Source: Heptranchias perlo (taxonomy: Eukaryota). Taken from it: a stretch of 64,000 nucleotides of DNA. This document shows positions 48,197-60,830 of the stretch, one piece after another (position 1 is the stretch's first letter; each line of letters opens with the position of its first letter). The notes under the pieces are model-generated. The model worked only from the letters and a program-made list of their open reading frames with translations. It had not been told where the DNA came from and searched no databases. The translations under genes were made by a program, and so were the position numbers. The stretch spans positions 37,386,001 through 37,450,000 of the forward strand of contig NC_090337.1 of the NCBI RefSeq assembly GCF_035084215.1. The letters are read 5' to 3'.

Positions 48197-49732
48197 ACCA
48201 GTTCAGTTTAAGACCAGTATTAATTTCTGTTAAAGCAATTAGTATTTAAATATTGTATTATCTGTTTAACTAAGCAAGTGTAGGAGAGGAGAAGAAATAA
48301 CATATTTTGGTGTTAATGTTTTAATAAAACATAAATTATAAGTTACATCTTCACAAAAACTCAGGAGGATGCAACCACAAGCTAACTGTTTTGGATAGAC
48401 CCATCAATGAACTGTGATCATTAAACCTAATTTCTAGTTGCATTATGGGTTATGTATAAAGACATTTTCCCATAACTTAAATTATAAGTTGTAGGACATT
48501 ATCTGTGGTACACCATGTTAAAACATTGATGAGCTGTGGCACAGAATGTTGGAACTTGAGTTCTCTCCTGTAGTTCTCCACATAGTGAGTTGCTCGATCA
48601 TCTCAGCTCAGCTGGAAGGGGATGGGTAGTGCTGGGAGAAGTAGAGAAAATTCCAGCTTAGCTAGATCTGTGCAAATTTGCCTTTTAGGGATCTGTTCAA
48701 AATGTAATTGGCTAAAACCTAGAAACTGGTCACTTACCATCCCTTCAAATTGGTGAATGTAGGGATCCTAAGAAAAAGATCATTAAATGAAATGTACCTT
48801 TCACATAATAATCTGTCAGGCATCCTCTTTAAATCCCCATTGCACAGTTTGTTATCCATCTCTATATTAATAATAAAAGTTATGCATCTAGCAGCTCAAT
48901 GTCGCACTTTTCAGATTTGAAAATATCACACCTGCAAAATGCATGTTATATTTGCACTTGATTGGCACAAGTATTATATTCATAAAACAGCAACAAATCA
49001 CAACTGAACAGATATAGAACCAATCATCTAAAAATGTTTATTTTTACAGTTTCTCTGGCTCATTTACCAAAGTTACAGCAGATGAAGGAGAGAGCGCCCA
49101 TGGACACTCACTCCTGTTATTTTCAGCAATATATTGGCCCTGAAAATCTTCAGCTGTTCTGGCATACTCCTCCCTTGGCTTCAGCAGGAAACTATACTGG
49201 AACCTAATGCACTAAGTCCTGGTCTTAAGTTGGGGATTCCACGATGGCCTTTAGAGGGTAGAGTTTTCACCTGCCCCAAATATGTCTATTGGCATAAAGA
49301 TTGGGTAACGACTCCCCATAGCGGGAGTTCCCATGGCACAGGCTTTCACTGGGGTGGTGGAGGTACACCAGGTGAGACATGTACCAGCAGTAGTGGGGTC
49401 CTCTCGGGGGGGTCCATGCCACAATTCTGTTCTGGACCCCCGAAGATCTGGGATATGGAATTTATTTTTGGAATTTTTAAAATGGCCCCTCGATTAACTG
49501 TTCTCTTTGTAATGGACGCTCAACCCAATCAAAGACATTCTGGGAGGTTATTAAATAAGTCAAGTTTAGGTACTGACCTGTGGACAAACCAGCCTCAGAC
49601 TCCAACATTTACTAAAATCAAGATGAATCCCTTTCTTTGTATTGCGAGCAGACCAGATTAAAGTTGGACATGGTATAAATATCTTTTCTCACATTGCTGC
49701 AAGGTGAGGAAAAACAAGGTGATTTCAGGCAT

Positions 49733-51003
49733 TGAATAAGAACATAAGATATAGGAGCAGGAGTTGGCCATATGGCCCCTCGAGTCTGCTCCGCCATTTA
49801 ATAAGATTATGGCTGATCTTCGACCTCAACTCCACTTTCCCGCCTGATCCCCATATTCTTTGATTCCCTTAGGCCCCGAAATTAGCAGGGAGGCGGGATG
49901 GCAGTGGGTGGGTGATTGGACGCCTGGGTAACTCGCCCAATAGAAAATATCAATTTCCCAAACGATCGTGGGTCAATTGGAGCCACTGAACGTGGCTTCC
50001 GGGTTTGCCGTCTGAAAGCTGCGCAGCGGGCGGACTGTGCACCCGCATCACAGGCTGTCAGCTGGTGATGTTGCTCGTCCTCGGATGTAGTGGTGAATGC
50101 AGCCCTGGCGCCCCCCATCCTGACGGTGTGAGTTTGAGGGGGTCCACAAAGTAGTTAAGTATGTTTGAACAGCAGAGTTTTGGGTGGAAATTAAGAATTT
50201 TGGTTGAAAGCACAAAGGTCTTGCGGCCAAAAGTTTGTCTGAAGTGACAGAGTGCCCTACTGCTATGAATGACGTTTTCTCCCCACCTGTCAAATAAGCA
50301 TTTGCATCTTCCACTGGCTGCTGGCTGAAACACGTCCGTTGCAACAGGGATTGTTTCGCACAGCAGGGGAAATACACTGAGGATGCTTCAAAATCGTACT
50401 CCTGCCAAAATTTCAAAACAATTAAGTACTTCAACTCGCTGACAAACTATGCAAAATATCATCCCGCCGGCTTTAATTGCCGGTGAGACTTCCACATTCA
50501 GGAGGCGCGCGCGCACCCGGACGCATCACTGGGGAACCCAGAAGTCGGTGGGTTGGAGCCGGGCTCCGAACCCGCTCGGGATTTCAGCGATTTTCGGAGG
50601 CCCCCCCCCCCCCGTCCCCAACGTACCCCCTCCTTCACCCGAAAATCGAGCCCTTAGAGTCCAAAAATCTATCGATCTCAGCCTTCAATATATTCAACGA
50701 CTGTGCATCCACAGCCCTCTGTGGTAAAGAATTCCAAAGAGTCACAACCCTCTGAGTGAATAAATTTCTCCTTGTCTCAGTCCTAAATGGCCGACCCCTT
50801 ATCCTGAGACTATGCCCCCTAGTTCTAGACTCTCCAACCAAGGGAAACAGCCTCTCAGCATCTACCCTGTCAAGCCCTCTCAGAATTTTATTTGTTTCAA
50901 TGAGATCACCTCTCATTCTTCTAAACTCCAGAGAGAATAGGCCCATTCTACTCAATCTCTCCTCATAGGACAACCCTCTCATCTCAAGAATCGAGCTAGT
51001 GAA
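49733..51003 (-). mobile_element. CR1 3' fragment interrupted by a Harbinger-derived insertion
   Basis: GLSYEERLSRMGLFSLEFRRMRGDLIE...QRVVTLWNSLP at 50982-50657. The tail continues at 49868-49733. Confidence 0.88.
49872..50653 (-). mobile_element. Non-autonomous Harbinger derivative (MITE-like) with TTA TSD
   Basis: TTA at 49869-49871 and 50654-50656. TIRs GGCCCCGAAATT / AAAATCGAGCCC. The minus-strand end is similar to 43181-43380 and keeps the transposase start MGGARAAFTTTSEDEQ. Confidence 0.88.
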
Positions 51004-51324
51004 TTATAAAGAAACAACTGACTCTTGCAATAGTTTACATAACCATTTCTGCATTTCAGTCTGGGTTATTCTGACATTACAATTTGTATGAGGAAACAAC
51101 CCTGGTGAAACAAAGTCTGTACATTTAATGAATTACTGTGAAATAACTGCACAATCCTTACACTGAAGTTATATTTAGACTCGTTTATTTTATGTACATT
51201 AAATAAATATCTAGTTTTAAGTGAAATTTTGGATGTTATGGCTTCACAAATAAACGAGGGTCAGAAAAATTTATAATGTGGATACAATTTGCTGAAAAGA
51301 AATTCTATTGTATTTGTTTCCCAG

Positions 51325-51553
51325 TGTCATCTCGTGCAGCAACTGGGACTTGGCCACCACCTGAAGGTTCTGAATTTTGTTATAACCATGTTTGAGATGC
51401 TTGCCCCTCAATCAAGTGAAACAGTTGAAGTGACAGACACGGCATTTGATGGAGTACAAGTCAGAGTGTTTGAACCCAAGAAGAGGCTGGATGGTGAACT
51501 AAAGCGAAGTATTATTTACATACACGGTGGAGGCTGGGCTTTAGGAAGTGCAA
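51325..51553 (+). CDS. NCEH1: NCEH1 exon 2 (HGGG oxyanion motif)
   Basis: cag|CHLVQQLGLGHHL...FDGVQVRVFEP...RSIIYIHGGGWALGSA|gtaagt, 229 nt. Confidence 0.96.
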
Positions 51554-52660
51554 GTAAGTGTACTACAAAAGGAAGTAGTGAACTTTTGCTCAGACATGTT
51601 TTGCAAGTTACAAGAGATTATTGAAGCTTTGAGACATTTTGTTAAATATCCAGACCATACATTCTTTATCATTTAGCATCATTTTAAATGTGTGCTTTTA
51701 ATTAATTTGGTATAGCTGCTGGAGTTTAAAGACAAATAGATAGAGTAGCCTCGATTTTACATTGGTGCAGAGTCTCACCAGCAGTGAACGTGATCAGGAA
51801 TTCTGTCATGCGGGTCTGCATGCCCAATATACTGCGCACTACAATTTTCAGTGAAGAAGGTAGACAGCTTTCGATGTTAATGATCCATTGCCTGCCACCC
51901 CCTGCCCGCCCTCCTCCCCACCTCCTCAATAGCGTGACTTTCTCATAGAAGCAATAGCCTGGAATAATAAATCACAAAATTTGTTTCAAAATAACAAAAT
52001 GTCTCAAAGCTTCAATAATCTCTTGTAACTTGTAAAACATGTCTTTGAGCACAAGTTTTACGTGAACGTAGCTGTTCAAGGACCACTTCACTCCGCCCCC
52101 TTGCTACAGTGGCCTGACCTGAACTGGGAAAAGTGTGCCATACTTGTATCCAGAACAGGCTTCTTCTGGGTAAAAAGATGTCTGTCAAAAAATATACTTC
52201 AAAGGTATTAATGCCCTTCCCCTCAAACCCGTTATCCATTTCCAGGACAAAGCCGGGCTATGGGTCTGATAAACAGGGACCCTGCAGAAACAGGCACCAC
52301 AGCCAGAGGCCCTTCAAATATCTGGTATGGTAAGAACTGCAAACGTAGGCTTAGGCTTTCCGGCCCCATCCCGCCGGTTTTCTGTCGGGCAGGGCCGGAA
52401 GTGCATTTGGGGACTCACATCTTCCCCCTCTCCTTTTCCAGAGGGCAGTCCAGTGGCACAAAATCTGCCTGCCCATATGAAGGTGGGGGTGTGGAAATTA
52501 CATAGAAATGGGGGAAACACAGTCTCCCAAATGGAAAGCCTAGTCCATAATGTCCTCCATCACCCATTAATAAGCATTAACCAGAAAGTTTGGTTGGCTG
52601 CATATAAAAAGATCTGACTCCTGAGAATGCAATCCTTTTTTTTTTGTCTTGCTTACACAG

Positions 52661-52730
52661 GAATGCGATCATATGACCATCTTTGTCGGAAGATGGCAAA
52701 AGATATGAATGCTGTTCTTGTCTCTATTGA
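52661..52730 (+). CDS. NCEH1: NCEH1 exon 3
   Basis: cag|(R)MRSYDHLCRKMAKDMNAVLVSI(E)|gtaagt, 70 nt, phases compatible. Confidence 0.95.
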
Positions 52731-53767
52731 GTAAGTAATAACAAACTATATCAGCATAATTCTCCCAGATGATGCATTTTTAGGACAATTTTGTTTTTTG
52801 CTTAAGAGCTCAACTTAATAATCATGGAAATCTATAGACATAGAGGCTGTTAAAGGGCTAGTGAATTGGGTTTTTGTTATTTTGAACAATGTATAATTCC
52901 AAAATTCATCTCCAGTTATTCAATAAGAAAAATCTGAATTAAAGATAAATTTTGTGATTAGATTCCTTCTGATTTCCACTTCAGTATTTTCACCTGCATG
53001 GAAGGGAATTTGTTAACTGTGACAACTGCAATTTTTTCATATTGTAGCCAAAAATGTAACAATGCCAAGAGGCTCAATTATGGCTGGATGCAACATGATT
53101 CCTTTGCACTTGGACTATCAAATCAAGGATCTGAGTCAGAGAGTCCTGCCTTGGCCCTTTATTCTTGGCTGTATGCCACTTCTGGTTCAGGAAACCGACA
53201 GATAGAAACTGAGTTTTCATTTCCGAAAGAACTTATCTGTCAACGCAAATGGAGTACAAAGGAGAATTTCCAAGTCATTTTTGGTGTAATGTCAGCAAGA
53301 ATTGAGGCAAGTAACTTTAACCCTTACAGAACCGCTGGTTAGGCCGAAGCAAGAACGGGACAACCTAGGCCAAGCATGCTTGGCACATGGTCCACTCAAC
53401 GCTGACCAATTTCCGAGAGGGGTCTTTAAACAGACGTTAAGCCCCTCGTTAGCATGAGTGACAAGTTTAAGGCGGCCAAAAGAGACGTCTGAATATCACC
53501 CATGCCGAAATGGCATAGGACATCCTTGGGCATGGGACACAGACCCACGAAATTGGATCTTGTTGCCCCATTTCATGCCCGAAAAACAGCTGCGACAAGG
53601 TCTAATATCAACCCCACAGAGACTTAACCAATGAGGAAGAAAACAAATCAACAGATGTCCAAAGAAGAAAATTGACATATTTATGATCGACACAATAATT
53701 ACTATAGACACAAAACTTTTACACAATGATCACTATAGACACAAAACTTTTTATTAAATTGGATATA

Positions 53768-53793
53768 GTGTGTGTGTGTGTGTGTGTGTGTGT
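53768..53793. repeat. (TG)n microsatellite
   Basis: About 13 GT units. An imperfect 31-bp tandem duplication lies adjacent at ~53690-53752. Confidence 0.9.
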
Positions 53794-53941
53794 ATGTATA
53801 TAAGTCTTGAATTCATTGTTCATATCAGTACAGAATTAAATTTTTTAAGTTTTACTGTTATGAATCAGACTTGCATCAAGTCAAAGACTTTACAAATTGA
53901 GTCTTATTGAAATTAATTACATTGTGCTTTCTTAAATTTAG

Positions 53942-54113
53942 GTATCGTCTTGTCCCAGAGGTTCGTTTTCCTGAGCAGATTAATGATGCTTATAGTGCTA
54001 CCAAATATTTTCTGCAGCCTGAGATCTTGTCCCAGTATTCAGTGGATCCAAATCGAATTGCAGTGTCTGGAGACAGTGCTGGAGGAAACTTGGCTGCTGC
54101 TGTAAGCCAGCAG
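53942..54113 (+). CDS. NCEH1: NCEH1 exon 4 (catalytic GDSAG)
   Basis: [17 protein letters not shown]...[24 protein letters not shown]|gtaatt, 172 nt. Confidence 0.97.
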
Positions 54114-54855
54114 GTAATTACCTTTCACTATGTATTGGACAAACTACAGTCGTTTTATCATAATATTACCTGATGACCTCTCACTAATCAGCATGACATC
54201 TCCCACTGGAGTGGTCTTAAACTTAGAATTAGAACAAATCCATTTTTGTGGAGTGCATCGTTGCACTTGATACTGTTGAGGAAATCAATTCAAAACTTAT
54301 AACAATGAGTGTACACTTAAAAAGCGCTGATTGCACAAAATTGGAGCCAGTGTTTTAAATGTAAACAAATGTTAATGTTTGTCCCAGGCATGCTGCAGTG
54401 ATGTTCAAGGTCAGAGTATTATTGAAGTGCCTTTAAAGAATCCTTTACAGTTTTAAAAATATCCACAAGTTGCTTTTTCATAAAGGAAATTCAAGGCTTA
54501 TAGCAGAGAACATCGCAATTATGACTTCAGTGTCACCATTTGGTCTGTTATGATACATTCATTCATCTGCCCATTTCCTGTATCTGCGACATGATTTTAA
54601 GTTAAATTCTGCAGCTGTTCTACTATTTAACATTGATATGTATATTTTCCAAATTATTTATGCAATACTACAACTTTCTTTGTCAAAGCTGTAAAGGTGA
54701 ATGATCAGTAGTTTGAGTACACTTTTGTTTTGAGTATTTTCTGAATCAACAGAAACATTGTAACATTGTTGCAAACTCTGGTAGCATCCAAGTCTCTTAA
54801 AAATGTTGTACGTGCATCAAAAAAAAATCCTTTAATTTTTTTTTTGTGTATGTAG

Positions 54856-55473
54856 CTTGTTATGGACAGAAGCATCACCACCCGACTCAAGCTTCAAGCT
54901 CTTATATATCCGGTACTTCAGGCTCTTGACTTCAATACTCCTTCCTATCAACAGAATATGGCCGCACCTATCTTGTACAAACCGGTCATGGCCCGTTTCT
55001 GGCTGGAGTACCTGAATGGTGACCTGAGCTTTGTCCAGGCAATGTTGGTCAACAACCACACAGCCTCAGACCTAAGTCAGCTGACTTCTATCCGAGCTCG
55101 CTTAAACTGGACAGCTCTTCTACCAAAATCATTTAAAAAGAACTACAAACCTGTCATCCAGGTAATGGGAAGTCCACATGTTATCAAGGAGTTGCCAGCA
55201 TTGCTGGACCCAAGAGCAGCTCCACTAATTGCAGATGAAGAAATCCTGCAGTTGTTACCAAGGGCCTACATCCTGACCTGTGAACATGATATTCTAAGGG
55301 ATGACGGAATAATGTATGCAAAGCGCTTAGAAGATGCTGGCATAGAAGTGACTCTCGACCATTATGAAGATGGATTCCATGGTGCCATGATATTTGCACT
55401 GCCACCTACCAACTTCGATGTAGGAAACAGGATCATGAACAACTATATAAACTGGCTGGACAAAAATTTGTGA
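54856..55473 (+). CDS. NCEH1: NCEH1 exon 5 (catalytic Asp/His, stop)
   Basis: [24 protein letters not shown]...[11 protein letters not shown]...DGFHG...WLDKNL*. The five exons sum to 1227 nt = 408 aa. Confidence 0.97.
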   Translation, partial: LVMDRSITTRLKLQALIYPVLQALDFNTPSYQQNMAAPILYKPVMARFWLEYLNGDLSFVQAMLVNNHTASDLSQLTSIRARLNWTALLPKSFKKNYKPVIQVMGSPHVIKELPALLDPRAAPLIADEEILQLLPRAYILTCEHDILRDDGIMYAKRLEDAGIEVTLDHYEDGFHGAMIFALPPTNFDVGNRIMNNYINWLDKNL

Positions 55474-57699
55474 AGTTTTGGTCAGGGGTTGGGAAGTTGC
55501 AATAGAAAATGTTGTTACTGCAAGCTCTTATTTTGAAAAAGACCTACATATTTATGCAATGCAACAATCCAATGCAAATCTGTGTTATAGAATTACTGAA
55601 GTTATCTCACTGGGCTTGATCCAGTTATAATGTGCATTCTCTATACCACAGCAAATCTGTATCAATCAAAGAGTAATTTGGAATTTGGGAAGAAATATCT
55701 GTGTTAGCTGTTGGCAAGGTTTTGAATAGTGCACAGAAAGTGGTACTGCCTAGCATCTCATTTACTTCTAAGGTTAAGATGTATGTGAAAAAATCTTCAT
55801 TAAGTCAATAATGTTTTGTGCTAATCTTTATTGTCATTGATGGAAACTGCCTTTTGGCAAACTGAATTAAGAATCATTTCAAATATATAAAGATTACCTG
55901 TGGACACTGAAGGTGTAGGAATTTGTCCTGTATGCACTTGAATGAATATAAAAAATCAAATCTGTGTGGTTATGTAAAACTCCTGGGACTGCAGCTGGAG
56001 TGGAACTCCCACAAGATCAACTTTGATGGGATCAAAGAACTATTAAGTTCCAAATTTAAAAAGAACTGTCTTCTTTTCTACTAACTTAACACATGCAAGA
56101 GATGAAAATTTACTTAAAATTAATTAGAGTACTTTCAGTAACATTTTTGTGTACAAAGACCACCAGTTACATCGAATAGTTGCTGATAAAGTTATAGAGT
56201 TTAGATAATCCTGCACCCATTTTTTTTCAACTACCAAAATAGCTCATCTCACCAATCAACAATCTGTACAGTCTCATGACCTAAACGTTTGTGATAACCT
56301 TTGCCTAGTCTGACCAAAATCAGTTACTCTCTGGGGGGGGGGGGGAGGTGGTGGTACTTGGCAACAGTTAATGCAGTTTTATAATTACAGTTTTTAAATA
56401 AGGGTGGAGGATCTATAAACTTACTTTGTTTTCCAACTGCAGATATCACTTTAATTGTTTACCATAAAATAACTACTGTCACTATGTCATTGTCACCCGC
56501 AGATTGTCAGGACTAAACTCTATTACAGTGTTCAGAATTATTTTATTTTGGCTGAAATCCATTTCCAGTTATCCAAAAGGCAGTATATTTAGGTCTTTTT
56601 TGTTTTGTAAGTTTTTTTGCTAGTTTTAGTTTGGTTTTTATTTTCTATAATATTTTCCTGATCATGTTGAAAGGCTTTCTCAAAAAATCAACCAACTAAT
56701 TTGCAGTCTTGGAAGATTTTACTGTTAACTGCATGGTACAACATAATTGAATACTTCTAAGAGCTTCGGTATGAAACATGCCAACATTATATCACGTTGG
56801 TATAAAATTGTGCTGTATCACAGTGGAAGAATGAAGATTTGCACCTGTTTTCCTACTCCACAAGTGTCTGATCTCAGTTGGGCTGTTGGTGGAGCTGTCA
56901 CAGTTACCCATAGGACTAGTATTACAAAACTAGGATATGGAGCACAGATCACAGAGCTGGGTCCTTAATTGCTCAAAGTTTATAGGATATGGCCAGTGAG
57001 GAGGCAGAGAAACCAAAGATATGTAATTTTTAAAAAAAGATTCAAAGGCTAATCAAACAATTCATAAAGATTATTTGGTGTATAAAGAGCAAGCTGTAAG
57101 ACTCCAGACTTGATTTAGGATGATTATAAATTGTAATTAAGCTGGCTTAACATCTTTGGTTTAGACTAATCAACATATTTGAACCTGTCTTGATCATTTT
57201 GATTCCTATCCTTACTGTCGGTCTTGTGCTGTTACATTCATCGGTTTTTACTGGGGGGTGGATGATATTGACACATTTTGCAAATTAAATTGATCACCTG
57301 AATGGATTTTTAAAATTTAGCTTTTATGTAGGGAAACAGTAAAATTTTCGTATCTGTTCAACTGGAAAACCAATTCATGATCTCATCACACCATTACCTA
57401 GATTGTGGTTCACCTCTTGAAACTATATTTTTGCAATTAATTTGCATAAAAGATCACTGAATAAACAATAACAATGCTGCAATTAGCTATTGCTACTGAA
57501 AAACTCCAGGTAGTCTCAGAATGTTGATTTGAGAGTTTCTCTAGTATATAAAGTTTTTGCTTGCTGCTACTGTGACTAACTCATTTTAAGTTAATACTCA
57601 GTTTGAAAGTAGTTTGTCTTTGAACTTGCACATTAAGACAACCCCACACCCCCTTTTCCTTCTCTCCTCTGCTGAAAGCAGTGACTCATACCAGGGTGT

Positions 57700-57960
57700 G
57701 GTATCAAAAGCTCCAGTAGACCTCTGATGTCTTACCTAAATGGTTATCTTTCATGTGAGCCCAGACTGTGTTGGCAGGGTCAGCACAGCCAAGCTTGATC
57801 CTTTCCTCACCTGACGCCCATGCATATCCAGGAGTCACTTGATAGTGATCAGGAGTGAGGAACCGAGCCGATTATTTTTGACTAAGATCAATTGTAGCGT
57901 CTTCCTCGTCTGTAGGCTCAGGACCACAATACAAGTTACCCACTGAGCCAATAGGAGAGC
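57700..57960 (-). mobile_element. MER131-like SINE, antisense, in the probable NCEH1 3'UTR
   Basis: Reverse complement matches 13530-13900 (tggctcagtgggta...ctcctgatcactatcaagtgac...ggctgtgctg...gggctcacatgaa). Confidence 0.55.
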
Positions 57961-60199
57961 TTTAAACAGATTTTAAAACTTTTAATTATCACTTTAATTA
58001 CGGATCAGTATATGGAAACCAATTAAAAATGTGTTCACATAATGTTTTTTAAACCACACGAGTGATCATTTAAGCACTTAAGACTTCTTCCAAAATAACC
58101 ATTGCTATGGTAAAATTTTATCACCTCATACTTACCTTTTAGATGGAATTATATACATTTTGGGAACATGGTTTATGGACTAGTAAAAATACAAATAGCA
58201 ATCAACCAGTCAAATCGATTGGCAATAATTTGAAATTTAGTGACCAAAAGTAAAAGTTTAAGGAGTGCTATATTTGGTAAGTTGGGGTGGAGGACGAAAG
58301 ATGTTCAGATCAGTATGAAAGATGTAAATGCAAGAGGATTTTTAAAAAATCCATGTCAAGTGTAGAGATTTCTCTATAAAATAGTGATTTATTATCTGTT
58401 TAAGTTATATTGTTTACATTTGAATCCAGTGTGTGTGATGGTAACACTCAGGATCACATTGCTGAACAGAACTGCTCACTTGCAGCAATGAAATTCTAGG
58501 TGTTTTGTATAATCACCAGGGAAAAATAAATTTAAATAATATATATAGGAAGGAAATCAGTGTCAATTCTTATATAGAATGTGGTATCAGTTAAATATGA
58601 ACAAAGATACAATTGCAATTTGTTAAGAGTTGTACTATGTGAAAATAACAGAAATTTGAGTCTGGCACATAACTTTTTAAATTATTAACAGGAACCTGGC
58701 TTATAATAGAAAAAATATAAGCAAATTAACTGATAATTTGTTAGGAATGAAGCTTTTACTTACATAAATGAATAGACTACAGAATTCATAAGCACTATTA
58801 GTGTCAGGCCTTTTCTTGAGAAAGAATCTGGATTCTGATCTTAACACCAATTTCTCTGTATTTTGTGGACATGTGCGCTTGTGTGTTTAAAGGTTTTGTA
58901 TTGTATTTTTTTTTAATTAACTGTGACTCAAGCCAGTGAGATAACATCAAAAGAACTGATATCTTCTCTTTACTGGGATCATATAGAAATCTAGTCTAAA
59001 TAGTGGCTATGTATCAGAAATGAGAGTTCACATTTCATCTTGTGATTTGTGAGCTGCTTTAAAAAAATAATTTCATCGATGAAATGGATCCCAGTAACTC
59101 TGACTGCTAGGACAAGACATCTTAAACCGGCAGGGATCAAGGATACATCTCCGTCTCCCAAAATAGATAGTCAGATCAGATGAAGCTTATCCCACAGCAG
59201 ACACTGACCATTGGACCTTCCTATATATTGTTTAAAAAGAACACTTTAATAAAAAGACATGTATAATGTGTTCTAAATTACTATAGCAACAAACAGCAGA
59301 AATCTATTTATTAATCATCAGGTTGGAAAAATGTAGCTGGACAATGAACAAAATGCAATTTCTTTTTTTCCTAAAAAGGTCATTTATGGCAAAAGGGTCA
59401 AATGTGTGTCTTGGAATGACCTAATTCAGATCACAAGGTTTTCCATTTGACTCCGTACTTATGCTGTATGTTACTGTATTTAATGTTTTCGTTTGTTCTA
59501 TTGTATTGTGGCTGTATACAATGTAAAGTGCACTTTAAAATAAGTAAGGCAAATAAAACTAAACTTGATCACTTAGAGAAAGCAATTTGCAAACATTTAT
59601 TTAACTAATAGCTACTTTGTTATCCCCCCTACATGCCATTTAATTCTCCTTGTCGCAAAATGTTTATCCTTGAAATAGGATGGTTTGTGCTTGAGAGTCT
59701 ATAACCACTAAGGAGCAGCTTTTGAGACTGTTAGTACAAATAATAAATATTCTTGAATTCAAATTATGATTAGTTATTCTGGTAGTGATCAGAAATTTGA
59801 AAACATGGGCCATTTTTGGGATCAGAATTTTTGAAGTGATTTGTTCCCTCACCATCATGTGTCTGTTATCCAGATCAGCTGTAGACAAGAAGTCAGAGGA
59901 TTTAGCATCTCAGTTTCCAGTGCTGACTTGATTCAGATATGTCAGTGAAAAATCTGTCAGCTCAGATATTCACCATAATTTAGGATTGTTTACATATATT
60001 ATTTTTGCACACTATATGATGTAAACATTTAGGCAATACATATTTTAATAAGTCTATATGCATAATTGATGAGTTTATATTTTGACCATCCCTCATAATG
60101 ACTAATCATCCGAAATACAGTGGTCCAGTTTGAATTTTCAAAGGTTTACTTTATGACTATAAAAAGATTGAAATATCCTAATTAAAATGTGTCTGCTTT

Positions 60200-60830
60200 A
60201 ACCCTGTACTTCTGAGCGTCCGCCCCCATATCTCATCACTAAGACTACCTACTTCCACCTCCACAACATTGCCTGCTTCTGTCCCTACTTCAGGCCATAT
60301 GCTGCTGAAGCCCTCATCCATACATTTATCACCCACAAACTTGACTATTCCAATGCTCTCCTGGCTGGCCTCCCATCCTCCACCATCTACAAACTTCAGT
60401 TCATCCAATACTCTGTGCCTATATCCTATCCTAAGTCCTGCTTGCTCATCACCTGTCCTCGCTAACCTACTTTGGTTCCCGGTCCTCCAATGCTTTAAAT
60501 TTAAAATCCTCATCCTCATGATTAAATCCCTCTAATGCCTCGCTCCTCCCCATCTCTGTTATCTCCTCCAGTGCTACAATCCCCAAACTCTTTGTTCACT
60601 GACTCTGGTGTCTTGTGCCTCCCTCCACCCTTTGCCCCATCATTGGTGACCATGCCTTTAGCCGCTTAGGCTCCATTCTCTGGAATTCCCTCCCTAAACC
60701 TCTCCGACTCTTCAGCACCCTCTTTTGACTTTAAGATCCACCACTGACTACGCCCCAATATCTCCTTTGGTTTGCATCCATTTTTTCCCTTATGCTTCTG
60801 TGAAACATCTAGGGATGTTTTTCTACAGCA
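60200..60830 (+). mobile_element. L2 LINE 3' fragment
   Basis: Similar to 33000-33490 (tattccaatgctctcctggctggcctcccatc; tttaaaatcctcatcctcatg). Confidence 0.8.

Noticed and set aside
49134-49661. 175-aa intronic ORF
   Set aside because: Non-ATG start and no motif; probably a decayed repeat.
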